NCBI GenBank assembly: GCA_001821055.1
Contig: MHRT01000005.1
Coordinates: 43,533 to 107,532 of the forward strand
DNA: 64,000 bases
Origin: Candidatus Taylorbacteria bacterium RIFCSPHIGHO2_12_FULL_45_16
Lineage (GTDB): Bacteria > Patescibacteriota > Minisyncoccia > Phycocordibacterales > PALSA-1337
Direction of reading: 5' to 3'
Part shown: in pieces, positions 28,055 through 36,127 of the stretch
Position numbering within the stretch: position 1 is the stretch's first letter
Layout of the letters: each line of letters opens with the position of its first letter
Made by a program: the position numbers and the translations under genes
Notes under the pieces: generated by a model
What the model was told of the DNA's origin: nothing
What the model saw: only the letters and a program-made list of their open reading frames with translations
Databases searched by the model: none

Positions 28055-29329
28055 ATGGGAATGCGAATATTTATGAAAGATATTATCCACACAATCTCAT
28101 ATGCCGTCATTGGTATCATAACGCTTATACTTATCTGCGGTAGCGTTGTTTTGAACCCAAATCAAGCACGCGCTGATTACGGCTATTATGGTACTCCGAC
28201 ATACGATTATGATTATTCATACAACCGTCATTCTCAATATAATAACAACGGCCCGTTGCAGGTCTCGTGTTATCCGATGCCACTCTCGGCTCGTACAGGT
28301 GAATCCATTAGCTGGGTCGCTTCCGCTTATGGAGGCAACAATTCCTACTATTACACCTGGACGGGAACAGACAGCTTGTCTGGCTACGGATCTTCTGTAA
28401 GCAAAACTTACTATTCTTCTGGTTACAAAAGCGCCAGCGTGACGGTCACCTCCGGCGGGCAGACAGTTTCCAAAAATTGCGATGGTATAGTCAACGTCTA
28501 TGGTAATTCAAATTATAATTACGATTACAACTATAATTACAATTATTACCCACAAAATTATAATTACTATTCCCCATTGAGTGTCACATGTAGTGTCGGT
28601 AGCACCTATACGAATAGTGGCAATTCAGTAACTTGGAATGCCTATCCCTCCGGTGGTAATGGTTCGTACAGCTATAGCTGGACCGGTACCGATGGTCTCT
28701 ATGGGTCAAGTCAATCAGTCTATCGTACCTATTCGTATCCCGGCACGAAAACCGCTTCCGTCACTGTCTATTCAAATGGCCAGTCTATAACGCAGTACTG
28801 CGGTTCAGTCAATGTCGGTGGCTATGGATATGTTAATTACAACAACAACAACATCAACAGCAATAATAACGGTCTTAGCATTGCCTGTTATTCGGATCCA
28901 ACTACTGTCCGAGTCAATCAGCCTGTCACATGGAGATCTGAAGTGACCGGAGGCATCTCTCCGTACACATATTCATGGACTGGTACAAGTGGTCTTTCAG
29001 GTAGCGATAGTTCGGTCATCAAATATTATGATACAGTCGGTGAAAAGAGTGCGGTCATCACTATCAGGTCAGCTGATGGCAAGACGGCAGCGAGTGCGTG
29101 TTCCACAGCACTGACTGTTCGTAGTGCCTCCGTGGTCACTCCTACGCTGCCGGCAACCCCAGCACAACCTGTAGTTCAACCACCTGTCCAACAGCAAGAT
29201 GAGAACGCTTTGTCAGCCGCTGCTCTCTTCTCTCTGAAAAATGTTCCTTGGGGATGGGTCGCTATTATGATTATTCTGGTTCTCTTTGCAACGGTTGTCT
29301 ATCTTATATTCAATCGTCAAAAGATTTAG
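28055..29329 (+). CDS. Surface protein with three Ig/PKD-like repeats (each with a Cys pair), Asn/Tyr-rich linkers, a Pro/Gln-rich stalk and a C-terminal TM anchor
   Basis: N-terminal TM/signal segment. Three repeats of ...SCYP/TCSV/ACYS...WTGTDGL...C... separated by NYNYDYNYNYNYY tracts. C-terminal hydrophobic helix. Confidence 0.6.
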   Translation: MGMRIFMKDIIHTISYAVIGIITLILICGSVVLNPNQARADYGYYGTPTYDYDYSYNRHSQYNNNGPLQVSCYPMPLSARTGESISWVASAYGGNNSYYYTWTGTDSLSGYGSSVSKTYYSSGYKSASVTVTSGGQTVSKNCDGIVNVYGNSNYNYDYNYNYNYYPQNYNYYSPLSVTCSVGSTYTNSGNSVTWNAYPSGGNGSYSYSWTGTDGLYGSSQSVYRTYSYPGTKTASVTVYSNGQSITQYCGSVNVGGYGYVNYNNNNINSNNNGLSIACYSDPTTVRVNQPVTWRSEVTGGISPYTYSWTGTSGLSGSDSSVIKYYDTVGEKSAVITIRSADGKTAASACSTALTVRSASVVTPTLPATPAQPVVQPPVQQQDENALSAAALFSLKNVPWGWVAIMIILVLFATVVYLIFNRQKI

Positions 29330-29367
29330 AAGTAGTGAGCGAGAAAGCAAGTTGAAAGGAACAAAGG

Positions 29368-29390
29368 CCTTCTATTTCAGAAGGTTTTTG
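29368..29390 (+). terminator. Intrinsic terminator after the PKD-repeat gene
   Basis: CCTTCT-ATTTC-AGAAGG hairpin followed by TTTTTGTTTT. Confidence 0.5.
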
Positions 29391-29487
29391 TTTTGGATGG
29401 CTTGAGGTCCTGAATTATCTGAAATGAGATTATTATATGGCTCAAAATATAGGTTTTTTCAGATATATTTTTATTACACAATACTAC

Positions 29488-29518
29488 TTGACAATATGTA
29501 TACAAATATGATATACTA
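29488..29518 (+). promoter_or_regulatory. Strong sigma-70-like promoter (TTGACA-18-TATACT) driving the small GC-rich cassette
   Basis: Consensus -35 at 29488-29493 and -10 at 29512-29517, about 85 nt upstream of the 29601 ATG. Confidence 0.5.
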
Positions 29519-29600
29519 TAAAAGTAGAAGGTGAGTATGGATTTTGACGGTGAATAGGAACAGAGTCAATCACGATCTCTGACAACCAAAGGAAATTTTT

Positions 29601-29759
29601 ATGAAAAAGTTTGAGTTTGCACTGGCGTGTAAGGCCACGAATCATGGCTTGGCGCGCATCGCGCTCCACATTCTGGCGCTAATAGAGCGCAAGGAAAGCT
29701 GGGTTCGCGCGAAGGCGGGAATTTGCCGGGAACTCCACAAGAGTGTTCGGCTGATGTAG
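29601..29759 (+). CDS. 52 aa hypothetical ORF (first gene of the GC-rich pair). Absent from the ORF track because it is under 60 aa.
   Basis: ATG preceded by AAAGGAAATTTTT. Protein MKKFEFALACKATNHGLARIALHILALIERKESWVRAKAGICRELHKSVRLM. High GC. Lies 30 nt upstream of the next ORF. Confidence 0.3.
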   Translation: MKKFEFALACKATNHGLARIALHILALIERKESWVRAKAGICRELHKSVRLM

Positions 29760-29789
29760 GCAGTCAACAATAATTCCGAAAGGCAGTTT

Positions 29790-30128
29790 ATGGCAACAAC
29801 CACAAAGTTCGTCGGTGACGATTATGAGGCTGCCTACGCAAAAGTACTGGGCGGCACGGTGAATGGGGGACTCGGGGATGGTGGCAGAGATGTCATCGTT
29901 CCAGAGATCGGTGGGGTGCAGGTGAAAGCCTCCTCCGCTGGTGCCAAGGAATTCTTGGCAGTCTCATTGAAGCGGAAGCAGTTCATCCCTCTTTGTGTTG
30001 GCGAGCCCAGCACGAAGGAGGAAGTCCTGGATTCCCTCAAGAAGTTCGGAGCGTGGGTCGGGAAAGAGATTCCCAACCGCGCAAAGCTTCTCGCCGGCAT
30101 CTCGCAAATTCGCTTGACGCTCATGTGA
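29790..30128 (+). CDS. 112 aa hypothetical protein, GC-rich. A possible restriction-endonuclease-like small fold was considered but cannot be supported.
   Basis: ORF with GDGGRDVIVPEIGGVQVK. No confident family assignment. Confidence 0.4.
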   Translation: MATTTKFVGDDYEAAYAKVLGGTVNGGLGDGGRDVIVPEIGGVQVKASSAGAKEFLAVSLKRKQFIPLCVGEPSTKEEVLDSLKKFGAWVGKEIPNRAKLLAGISQIRLTLM

Positions 30129-30293
30129 CTACAACCAGCGCCCGTCTCGAGTGATCGAACGGGCGCACAACATTCGCCAAGAAAGGAGGTACCTGCAAAA
30201 ACCAACTAACATCGCGCCCAGCCGGAAACGGTTGGGCGCTTTCACATCCCAATGGACTTTTCCCGATTGAATTTTAGTGCAAATGTGGACTTC

Positions 30294-32048
30294 CTATTTC
30301 CTCTCCTTGATTTCCTCCTGTAACTTTTTCAATACTTCTTCAACACTCAATTGCCCAACCTGACCCTTATCGCGACTCTCCAATGTGACTTTACCAGCCT
30401 CGATATCTTTTTCACCCAGAATGATCGTGTAGCAGACGCGGTCGTTCTTGGCGTTGCGGATCTTCTTGCCAAATCCATTGTTGGACAGATCAATTTCGGA
30501 GCGGATCATCACTTGACGCAGAGAGTCATGAATCTTTTGGGCGGCTTCGTAGTGATTTTCCAAAACGGGAATGACGCGGACTTGGACAGGTGAGAGCCAG
30601 AGAGGGAAATTGCCGCCATAATGTTCGATGAGGAAGCCGATGAAGCGTTCATGGGTGCCGAGCGGAGCACGGTGAATGCAGAGAGGGGTTTTGAGCGAAC
30701 CATCTTTGTCTGTATATGTCAGGCCAAATCGAGCTGGCACGGCGAAGTCAACCTGGTTTGTAGCTAGGGTGAACTCGCGACCGATGGCCGACCAGACTTG
30801 GACATCAATTTTCGGACCGTAGAAGGCGGCTTCGTTGGCGACTTCAACAAAAGGGATCTTCGAATTAACCAGAACTTTGCGGACCATGTCCTCGGTCTTC
30901 TTCCAGAGTGCTGGCTCATTGACAAATTTCTCGCCGAGACGATTCGGATCATGAGTTGAAAAGCGCATGATGTATTTTTCCACGCCGAAAATCCTGAAGT
31001 ATTTCAGGTAGAGGTCATTGACGGCTCGGAACTCGTCGGCGAACTGTTCTTCGGTGCAATAGATGTGGGCATCGTTCATCTGGAGCGAACGGACGCGCAT
31101 CAAACCGAAAAGTTCACCGGATTTCTCGTGACGATAGTTGGTCCCGTATTCGGCCAAGCGCAAAGGCAGATCGCGATAGCTCTTGGGCCTAGCGGCGTAG
31201 ATCTTGTGATGGTGCGGACAGTTCATGGCTTTCAAATAGTATTTGCCGCCTTCGTATGTCATCGGGGGATACATAGACTCCTCGTAATACGGCAAGTGGC
31301 CGCTCTTCAAATACAGCGCATCTTTGGCGATGTGGGGACTGCGGACGCGGACATAGTTGCCTTTGAATTCGGTCTCTTTGGCCAGCTTTTCTAATTCCTC
31401 GATGAGCACGGCGCCGTTCGGTAGCCAGAGGGGAAGTCCGGGGCCGACATCATCGTCAAATTCAAAAATGTCGAGCTCCTTGCCAAGTCTTCGGTGATCG
31501 CGCTTCTCGGCTTCTTTCATCATGGTTTCGTAGGCGTCCAATTCTTCTTTTGTTGCAAAAGCCAGGCCATAAATGCGGGTCAATTGCGTATTCTTCTCAT
31601 CGCCACGCCAATATGCGCCAGCGAGGCGCGAGAGTTTGAATGAGTCCGAAGGAATCTCCTTGGCCGGATTTTCATTGTGTCCGCCGCGGCAGAGGTCGGT
31701 GAATTTGCCGGCGGTATAGAGGGTGATCTTTTCACCCTTGTCGATGATCTCATCGATGAGTTCGAGTTTGTATGGATTGTCTTTGAATAAGTTGCGAGCC
31801 TCTCTTTCGCTGACTTCCTTGCCTGCCATTTCTTTCCACGAAGGCAGGAGCTTGTGCATCTTCTTCTCGATATCTTTGAGGTTCTTTTCGGTGATCGGAG
31901 TTTTGAATTCAAAGTCGTAATAGAAGCCGTTATCTATGGCCGGCCCGATGGTTGGCTTGGTTTCTGGGAAGAGTTCGAGCACTGCTGCGGCAAGGAGGTG
32001 GGCCAGAGTGTGGCGCATATGCTGGAGTGATTCGGAAGGGGGGTTCAT
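30294..32048 (-). CDS. thrS: Threonine--tRNA ligase (lacking the N-terminal TGS domain)
   Basis: Editing-domain HxxxH (MRHTLAHLLAAAV). Class II catalytic core (HRDLPLRLAEYGTNYRHE, FTLATNQ). C-terminal anticodon-binding domain. Confidence 0.9.
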   Translation of the reverse strand: MNPPSESLQHMRHTLAHLLAAAVLELFPETKPTIGPAIDNGFYYDFEFKTPITEKNLKDIEKKMHKLLPSWKEMAGKEVSEREARNLFKDNPYKLELIDEIIDKGEKITLYTAGKFTDLCRGGHNENPAKEIPSDSFKLSRLAGAYWRGDEKNTQLTRIYGLAFATKEELDAYETMMKEAEKRDHRRLGKELDIFEFDDDVGPGLPLWLPNGAVLIEELEKLAKETEFKGNYVRVRSPHIAKDALYLKSGHLPYYEESMYPPMTYEGGKYYLKAMNCPHHHKIYAARPKSYRDLPLRLAEYGTNYRHEKSGELFGLMRVRSLQMNDAHIYCTEEQFADEFRAVNDLYLKYFRIFGVEKYIMRFSTHDPNRLGEKFVNEPALWKKTEDMVRKVLVNSKIPFVEVANEAAFYGPKIDVQVWSAIGREFTLATNQVDFAVPARFGLTYTDKDGSLKTPLCIHRAPLGTHERFIGFLIEHYGGNFPLWLSPVQVRVIPVLENHYEAAQKIHDSLRQVMIRSEIDLSNNGFGKKIRNAKNDRVCYTIILGEKDIEAGKVTLESRDKGQVGQLSVEEVLKKLQEEIKERK

Positions 32049-32219
32049 GGATAATACTATAGCAACTTTTTGTCAGGCGAGGGAGTGGGTTGACATACTA
32101 TTATTATTATGCTAGTAATTATACGGGTTGTTCTCAACAACTGAAACGATCATATTTCCCCCAAAAACTTAAAGTAAGGGAAGCTTGGTCACAACAAAAA
32201 CAACAAACAACGGTAAGCT

Positions 32220-33377
32220 ATGAGTATAAAACTGCTGAAAGCCGCGATTGACATATTCAAACTCCCGACGACTACAAAAACGGAGGAGATTATCATCCTG
32301 CGGGGTGTGGTTGATCCTGAGTCACTGAAAGAAATCAAGGTCGACAAGTACCAACGTGAGGTTCTGTCGTCGGCAAAAATCAAGGCTTTGATGGTCGCGC
32401 TCGAGTCATCGAAGGTTCCAGACATCGAACTCGGTATGCGTGGCGAACGGTATCAAGTCCGAAAGCCTGACGGCGAGGAAGTTTACTTTCTCCAGGATGA
32501 CGTATTCGTCATTGATGGTCTGCAACGGATAACAGCCGCTCTGAAGCTTCTTCAGGAGAAGTTCGACTGCAAACCTCGCATCGGTGCTGTTGTCCATTTT
32601 TCCACGAGTTTTGACTGGGAGCGAGAGCGTTTTCGTATCCTGAATCAAGAGCGCACAAAACTCGACGTCAATGTGTTTCTGCGTAATTTGCAGACCGATA
32701 GTGAAGCGATTGACATGATTTTTCGTCTCTGCAACGATTCGTCGTTCATCCTTCAAAATCGCGTCAAGTGGTCGCAGAACATGCTCCGTGGGCAGCTTAT
32801 TCCTGCCCTGCTGTTGTGCAAAGTCACTGGTGTGTTGCACTCGAGGTTCGGCCCGGGCCGTACCAGCAGTTGTCACGAACTGGCGTCCGCTCTGGATACG
32901 ACCATGAAGACCGTGGGTCGTACTACCATGCGCGATAACATCAAGACTTTCTTCGAGGTCATCGACGAATGCTTTGGTGTCAAACGGATTGTGATGGTGC
33001 ATGCGGCGTCCTACATGCGCAGTACATTCCTGTTGTCTTTGGCCGATATCTTCACCAATCATACCGACTTCTGGCGCGGGACTCGACTTTTCGTCGAACA
33101 AAAGTTGCGGTGCAAGATCGCCAAGTTCCCAATCAATGATCCGGAAATCGAAAGGTTGTCGGGTGCAGGAGGTCAGGCGCGTGCGATCATGTACGAGATC
33201 ATGCTCAAGGCGATCAACAGCGGCAAGCGTAAGAAGCGGTTGAAGGGGGTTGATGGTCTGAACCCTGCAAAAGATACCAGCGACAGTGGTGACGACGGTG
33301 TTACCATTCCAGAAGCCCCGGCTCCAACCACAAATGAGAGTTCTGGTCGGAAAACCTTGGCTCGTATGGGCCTGTAA
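32220..33377 (+). CDS. ParB/Srx-fold DGQHR/DUF262-like domain protein (DndB-like), with a basic low-complexity tail
   Basis: KYQREV...FVIDGLQRITAALKLL resembles the F/YQR...IDGQ(H/Q)R(L/I)T motif of the DndB and DUF262 (GmrSD N-domain) families. GC-rich. Precedes a 91 aa ORF and a terminator. Confidence 0.5.
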   Translation: MSIKLLKAAIDIFKLPTTTKTEEIIILRGVVDPESLKEIKVDKYQREVLSSAKIKALMVALESSKVPDIELGMRGERYQVRKPDGEEVYFLQDDVFVIDGLQRITAALKLLQEKFDCKPRIGAVVHFSTSFDWERERFRILNQERTKLDVNVFLRNLQTDSEAIDMIFRLCNDSSFILQNRVKWSQNMLRGQLIPALLLCKVTGVLHSRFGPGRTSSCHELASALDTTMKTVGRTTMRDNIKTFFEVIDECFGVKRIVMVHAASYMRSTFLLSLADIFTNHTDFWRGTRLFVEQKLRCKIAKFPINDPEIERLSGAGGQARAIMYEIMLKAINSGKRKKRLKGVDGLNPAKDTSDSGDDGVTIPEAPAPTTNESSGRKTLARMGL

Positions 33378-33389
33378 TAAGGAGGAAAT

Positions 33390-33665
33390 ATGAGTCAAAA
33401 ACTTACGATTGAAGAGTTCACTCTTCTTGCGGTAGATAAACTACCCAAGGGTGATAAACAGATGATTCATACCGTTTACTCTGGCTTCAACGAAGCTTTC
33501 CGGGAGTATTTTCCTGGCAAGGATCCTGTTGCTGAAGTTAACCAACTGGCCAAAGAAGGGAAAATCAGTTTCCGACTGTGTCGGGGTGGGGCGATCATCG
33601 CCAAGCCCGGGGTAATCGAATCAGTACCGAAATCAAAGGACACCTTACAGAAGATGGGCGTTTAA
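33390..33665 (+). CDS. 91 aa hypothetical protein, co-transcribed partner of the DGQHR-like gene
   Basis: Starts 13 nt after the upstream stop, preceded by AGGAGG. A terminator follows directly. Confidence 0.4.
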   Translation: MSQKLTIEEFTLLAVDKLPKGDKQMIHTVYSGFNEAFREYFPGKDPVAEVNQLAKEGKISFRLCRGGAIIAKPGVIESVPKSKDTLQKMGV

Positions 33666-33688
33666 GTGCATAGCCTGTCACAATCAAC

Positions 33689-33724
33689 AGCCACCCTCGC
33701 GCGAGCGTCGGTGGCTTTTTATTT
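33689..33724 (+). terminator. Intrinsic terminator closing the two-gene GC-rich islet
   Basis: GCCACCCTCGCGCGAGCGTCGGTGGC hairpin followed by TTTTTATTTT. Confidence 0.6.
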
Positions 33725-33750
33725 TCCCACTTTCCCCTTATACTTATCCC

Positions 33751-34842
33751 ATGACCACCACCCTCATCATCCTCGTCACTATCGCCATTTTGGCCAACGT
33801 TTTCATTGTCGTATTTTTCATGCGAAAGCGGACTACGGAGCAGGCTCCAAAGGATGATACAGGTCTCAAGCTTCTCCTTGAACAGATGAACGAAGTCTCG
33901 CGGACTGTTGATCGTAAAGTTGGTGATCTGACCAAGACGGTGGATAATAAAATGAACGAGTCGTCTAAGAGTGTGAATGATGCACTGCGTCACCAATTCG
34001 GCGAGTCTCAAAAGTTAATTAAAGATATAACAAATGAGATTGTCCAGGTAAAGGAGATTGGCAAACAGAGTCTTTCGGTTACTGATCAATTGCGTGAATT
34101 GCAGGACATCCTCAAGAATCCGAAACATCGTGGGATTCTCGGTGAATATTATCTGGAAACATTGCTCAAGAATGTTCTGGCACCGGGGCAGTATCAGATG
34201 CAATACGCTTTCAAGAATGGAGAGATCGTGGATGCGGCCGTGTTTGTCAAGGATAAAGTCATTCCGATTGATTCGAAGTTCTCATTGGAAAATTACAACA
34301 AGCTGGTTGAAGAAAAGAATCCAGCTGAAAAAGATAAGCTGGAAAAGGCTTTTGTGAATGATCTCAAGAGGCGTATTGAAGAAACCGCCAAATATATTCG
34401 GCCGGCCGAAAAGACCATGGATTTCGCTTTCATGTTCATTCCGCATGAGGCCATCTATTACGACCTTTTGGTCAACAAGATCGGGGCGCTCGCCGATGAA
34501 ACTGACAACCTGATCCAGCGCGCGGCTAGCAAGTACAAGGTCATCATCGTCTCACCAACGTCGTTTCTGGCTTATTTACAGACCGTTTTACAGGGTTTGA
34601 AGGCTATGCAGATAGAGGAGACTGCCAAGGATATCGTCAAGCATGTCGGCCAGCTGGGTAATCATCTCAAAAAATATGAGGAGTATCACACCAAGTTGGG
34701 CGTCTCACTTTCGACGGTCGTCAATCATTACAATACATCTGGCAAAGAATTGAAGAAGGTGGACAAAGATGTTTTGCGGATCACTGGGGAGACTCCAGGG
34801 ATAGAGGCGGCGATGATCGAAAAGCCGGAGGGGGAGGAGTGA
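33751..34842 (+). CDS. rmuC: DNA recombination protein RmuC
   Basis: N-terminal TM helix, a long coiled-coil region, and the conserved RmuC C-terminal domain (FAFMFIPHEAIYYDL...VIIVSPTSFLAYLQTV). TATACT 6 nt upstream of the ATG. Confidence 0.8.
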   Translation: MTTTLIILVTIAILANVFIVVFFMRKRTTEQAPKDDTGLKLLLEQMNEVSRTVDRKVGDLTKTVDNKMNESSKSVNDALRHQFGESQKLIKDITNEIVQVKEIGKQSLSVTDQLRELQDILKNPKHRGILGEYYLETLLKNVLAPGQYQMQYAFKNGEIVDAAVFVKDKVIPIDSKFSLENYNKLVEEKNPAEKDKLEKAFVNDLKRRIEETAKYIRPAEKTMDFAFMFIPHEAIYYDLLVNKIGALADETDNLIQRAASKYKVIIVSPTSFLAYLQTVLQGLKAMQIEETAKDIVKHVGQLGNHLKKYEEYHTKLGVSLSTVVNHYNTSGKELKKVDKDVLRITGETPGIEAAMIEKPEGEE

Positions 34843-34846
34843 TATA

Positions 34847-34874
34847 TTGCGCAAGACGCCATTTCGTGTATAAT
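34847..34874 (+). promoter_or_regulatory. Promoter-like TTGCGC-16-TATAAT, 9 nt upstream of the rplU ATG
   Basis: -35 at 34847-34852, -10 at 34869-34874, ATG at 34884. No Shine-Dalgarno sequence. Confidence 0.4.
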
Positions 34875-34883
34875 GTCCTGACT

Positions 34884-35201
34884 ATGCAATTCGCCGTCAT
34901 CGCAACCGGAGGCAAGCAATACACCGTTTCTAGGGGTGACGTTATCGCCATTGAGAAGCTTTCGGGCACCCACAAAGAGGGTGATAAGGTGACTTTTGAC
35001 AAGGTTCTCCTCATCGACGATGGCAAGGACACGACTATCGGCGCTCCATATATCCCAAAAGCCTCGGTCGCTGGCACTATCACCGAGATCGGCCGCGCTC
35101 CGAAGATCACAGTCGTTCACTACAAGCAGAAGTCCCGCTACTACAAGAAAAATGGACATCGCCAGCCGTTCTTCAAGGTCAAGATTGATAGTCTAAAATA
35201 A
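34884..35201 (+). CDS. rplU: 50S ribosomal protein L21
   Basis: MQFAVIATGGKQY...KVLLI...HYKQKSRYYKKNGHRQPFFKVKI. Start at an internal ATG of the longer ORF. Confidence 0.85.
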   Translation: MQFAVIATGGKQYTVSRGDVIAIEKLSGTHKEGDKVTFDKVLLIDDGKDTTIGAPYIPKASVAGTITEIGRAPKITVVHYKQKSRYYKKNGHRQPFFKVKIDSLK

Positions 35202-35332
35202 GAGATTAGTAACTAGTAATTAGAGGTTAGAAAAGCACTGGAAGAGCGTTTTTTGTTTGTAGATCGTTCTTGGGATTTGGAACCCCTTGGTCCACCTTGA
35301 TGCTTGGAGACCGTATTAAATTTTGTGATCAT

Positions 35333-36025
35333 TCACGCCCTGTTCTTTAGGGCATTTTTTATCGTCTCACCATCCACATATTCCAACTCCGCGCCGGTAG
35401 ACAGACCTCTCCCTAGCATAGAAATGGAAAGTGACAACTTTTCCGTCACTTTTTGTAAAGCTTCTTTTACTATCGTTCCGGTGTGCTCGCCATCAGGAGT
35501 AGCATTCAATGAGAGGATGATTTCCTTGAACTGAGTGGAATTTGTGTCTCCGCCCTTCTTACTCGAATTTTTTTCTGAAACTTCCTCAAGCAGCTGTTTC
35601 AAACGAATCCTCTTATCTGGTTCTTTGTCTAAAACAGGCACTGTCCCGCCAAGAATAAAATACAGACCCTTGTATGCGCCGCTTTTCTCGACTGTTTCAA
35701 AGTCAGAATCACGAGCAATGACCATTAGGGTTGATTGATCACGCGATGGGTCAGAGCAGATCGAGCAAAGATTTAAGATTTTGGATTTAAGATTTTGGTT
35801 CGACTGTTTTGCGCCAGATAGTCTCGCCCCATTTTTACCGATAAAAAACCGGTGACACTGATCGCATTCACTGCTCGTTTTTTTCACTTCTTCAACAAGC
35901 TGGGTGAACTCCTTTATGAAAGAAGGGGATTTGTTCAACAAATAATAGACAAAGCGCTTGGCCTGCCGCGGACCTATGCCCGGGAATTTGGCGAAAAGTT
36001 CTTCGAGGCGGTGGAAGTTGTCCAT
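35333..36025 (-). CDS. recR: Recombination protein RecR (with an internal insertion)
   Basis: N-terminal HhH (FPGIGPRQAKRFVYYLL). C4 zinc finger (C..C...C..C). Toprim region. Confidence 0.85.
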   Translation of the reverse strand: MDNFHRLEELFAKFPGIGPRQAKRFVYYLLNKSPSFIKEFTQLVEEVKKTSSECDQCHRFFIGKNGARLSGAKQSNQNLKSKILNLCSICSDPSRDQSTLMVIARDSDFETVEKSGAYKGLYFILGGTVPVLDKEPDKRIRLKQLLEEVSEKNSSKKGGDTNSTQFKEIILSLNATPDGEHTGTIVKEALQKVTEKLSLSISMLGRGLSTGAELEYVDGETIKNALKNRA

Positions 36026-36127
36026 TTAGCAATTTTAACTTTTAATTGATAAAAAAACCACCGAGTCTGACTCGGTGAAAATTGAAGAAGTGGAAATACT
36101 ACAGAAAATTAAAGTTAATAGCAAATC

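Noticed and set aside
32406-33398. 330 aa ORF on the minus strand, antisense to the DGQHR-like gene
   Set aside because: Long antisense ORFs are expected in GC-rich sequence. The plus-strand ORF carries a recognisable ParB-like motif, is followed by a co-oriented gene with an AGGAGG RBS, and is closed by a plus-oriented intrinsic terminator. The minus ORF shows no motif and would run into thrS.
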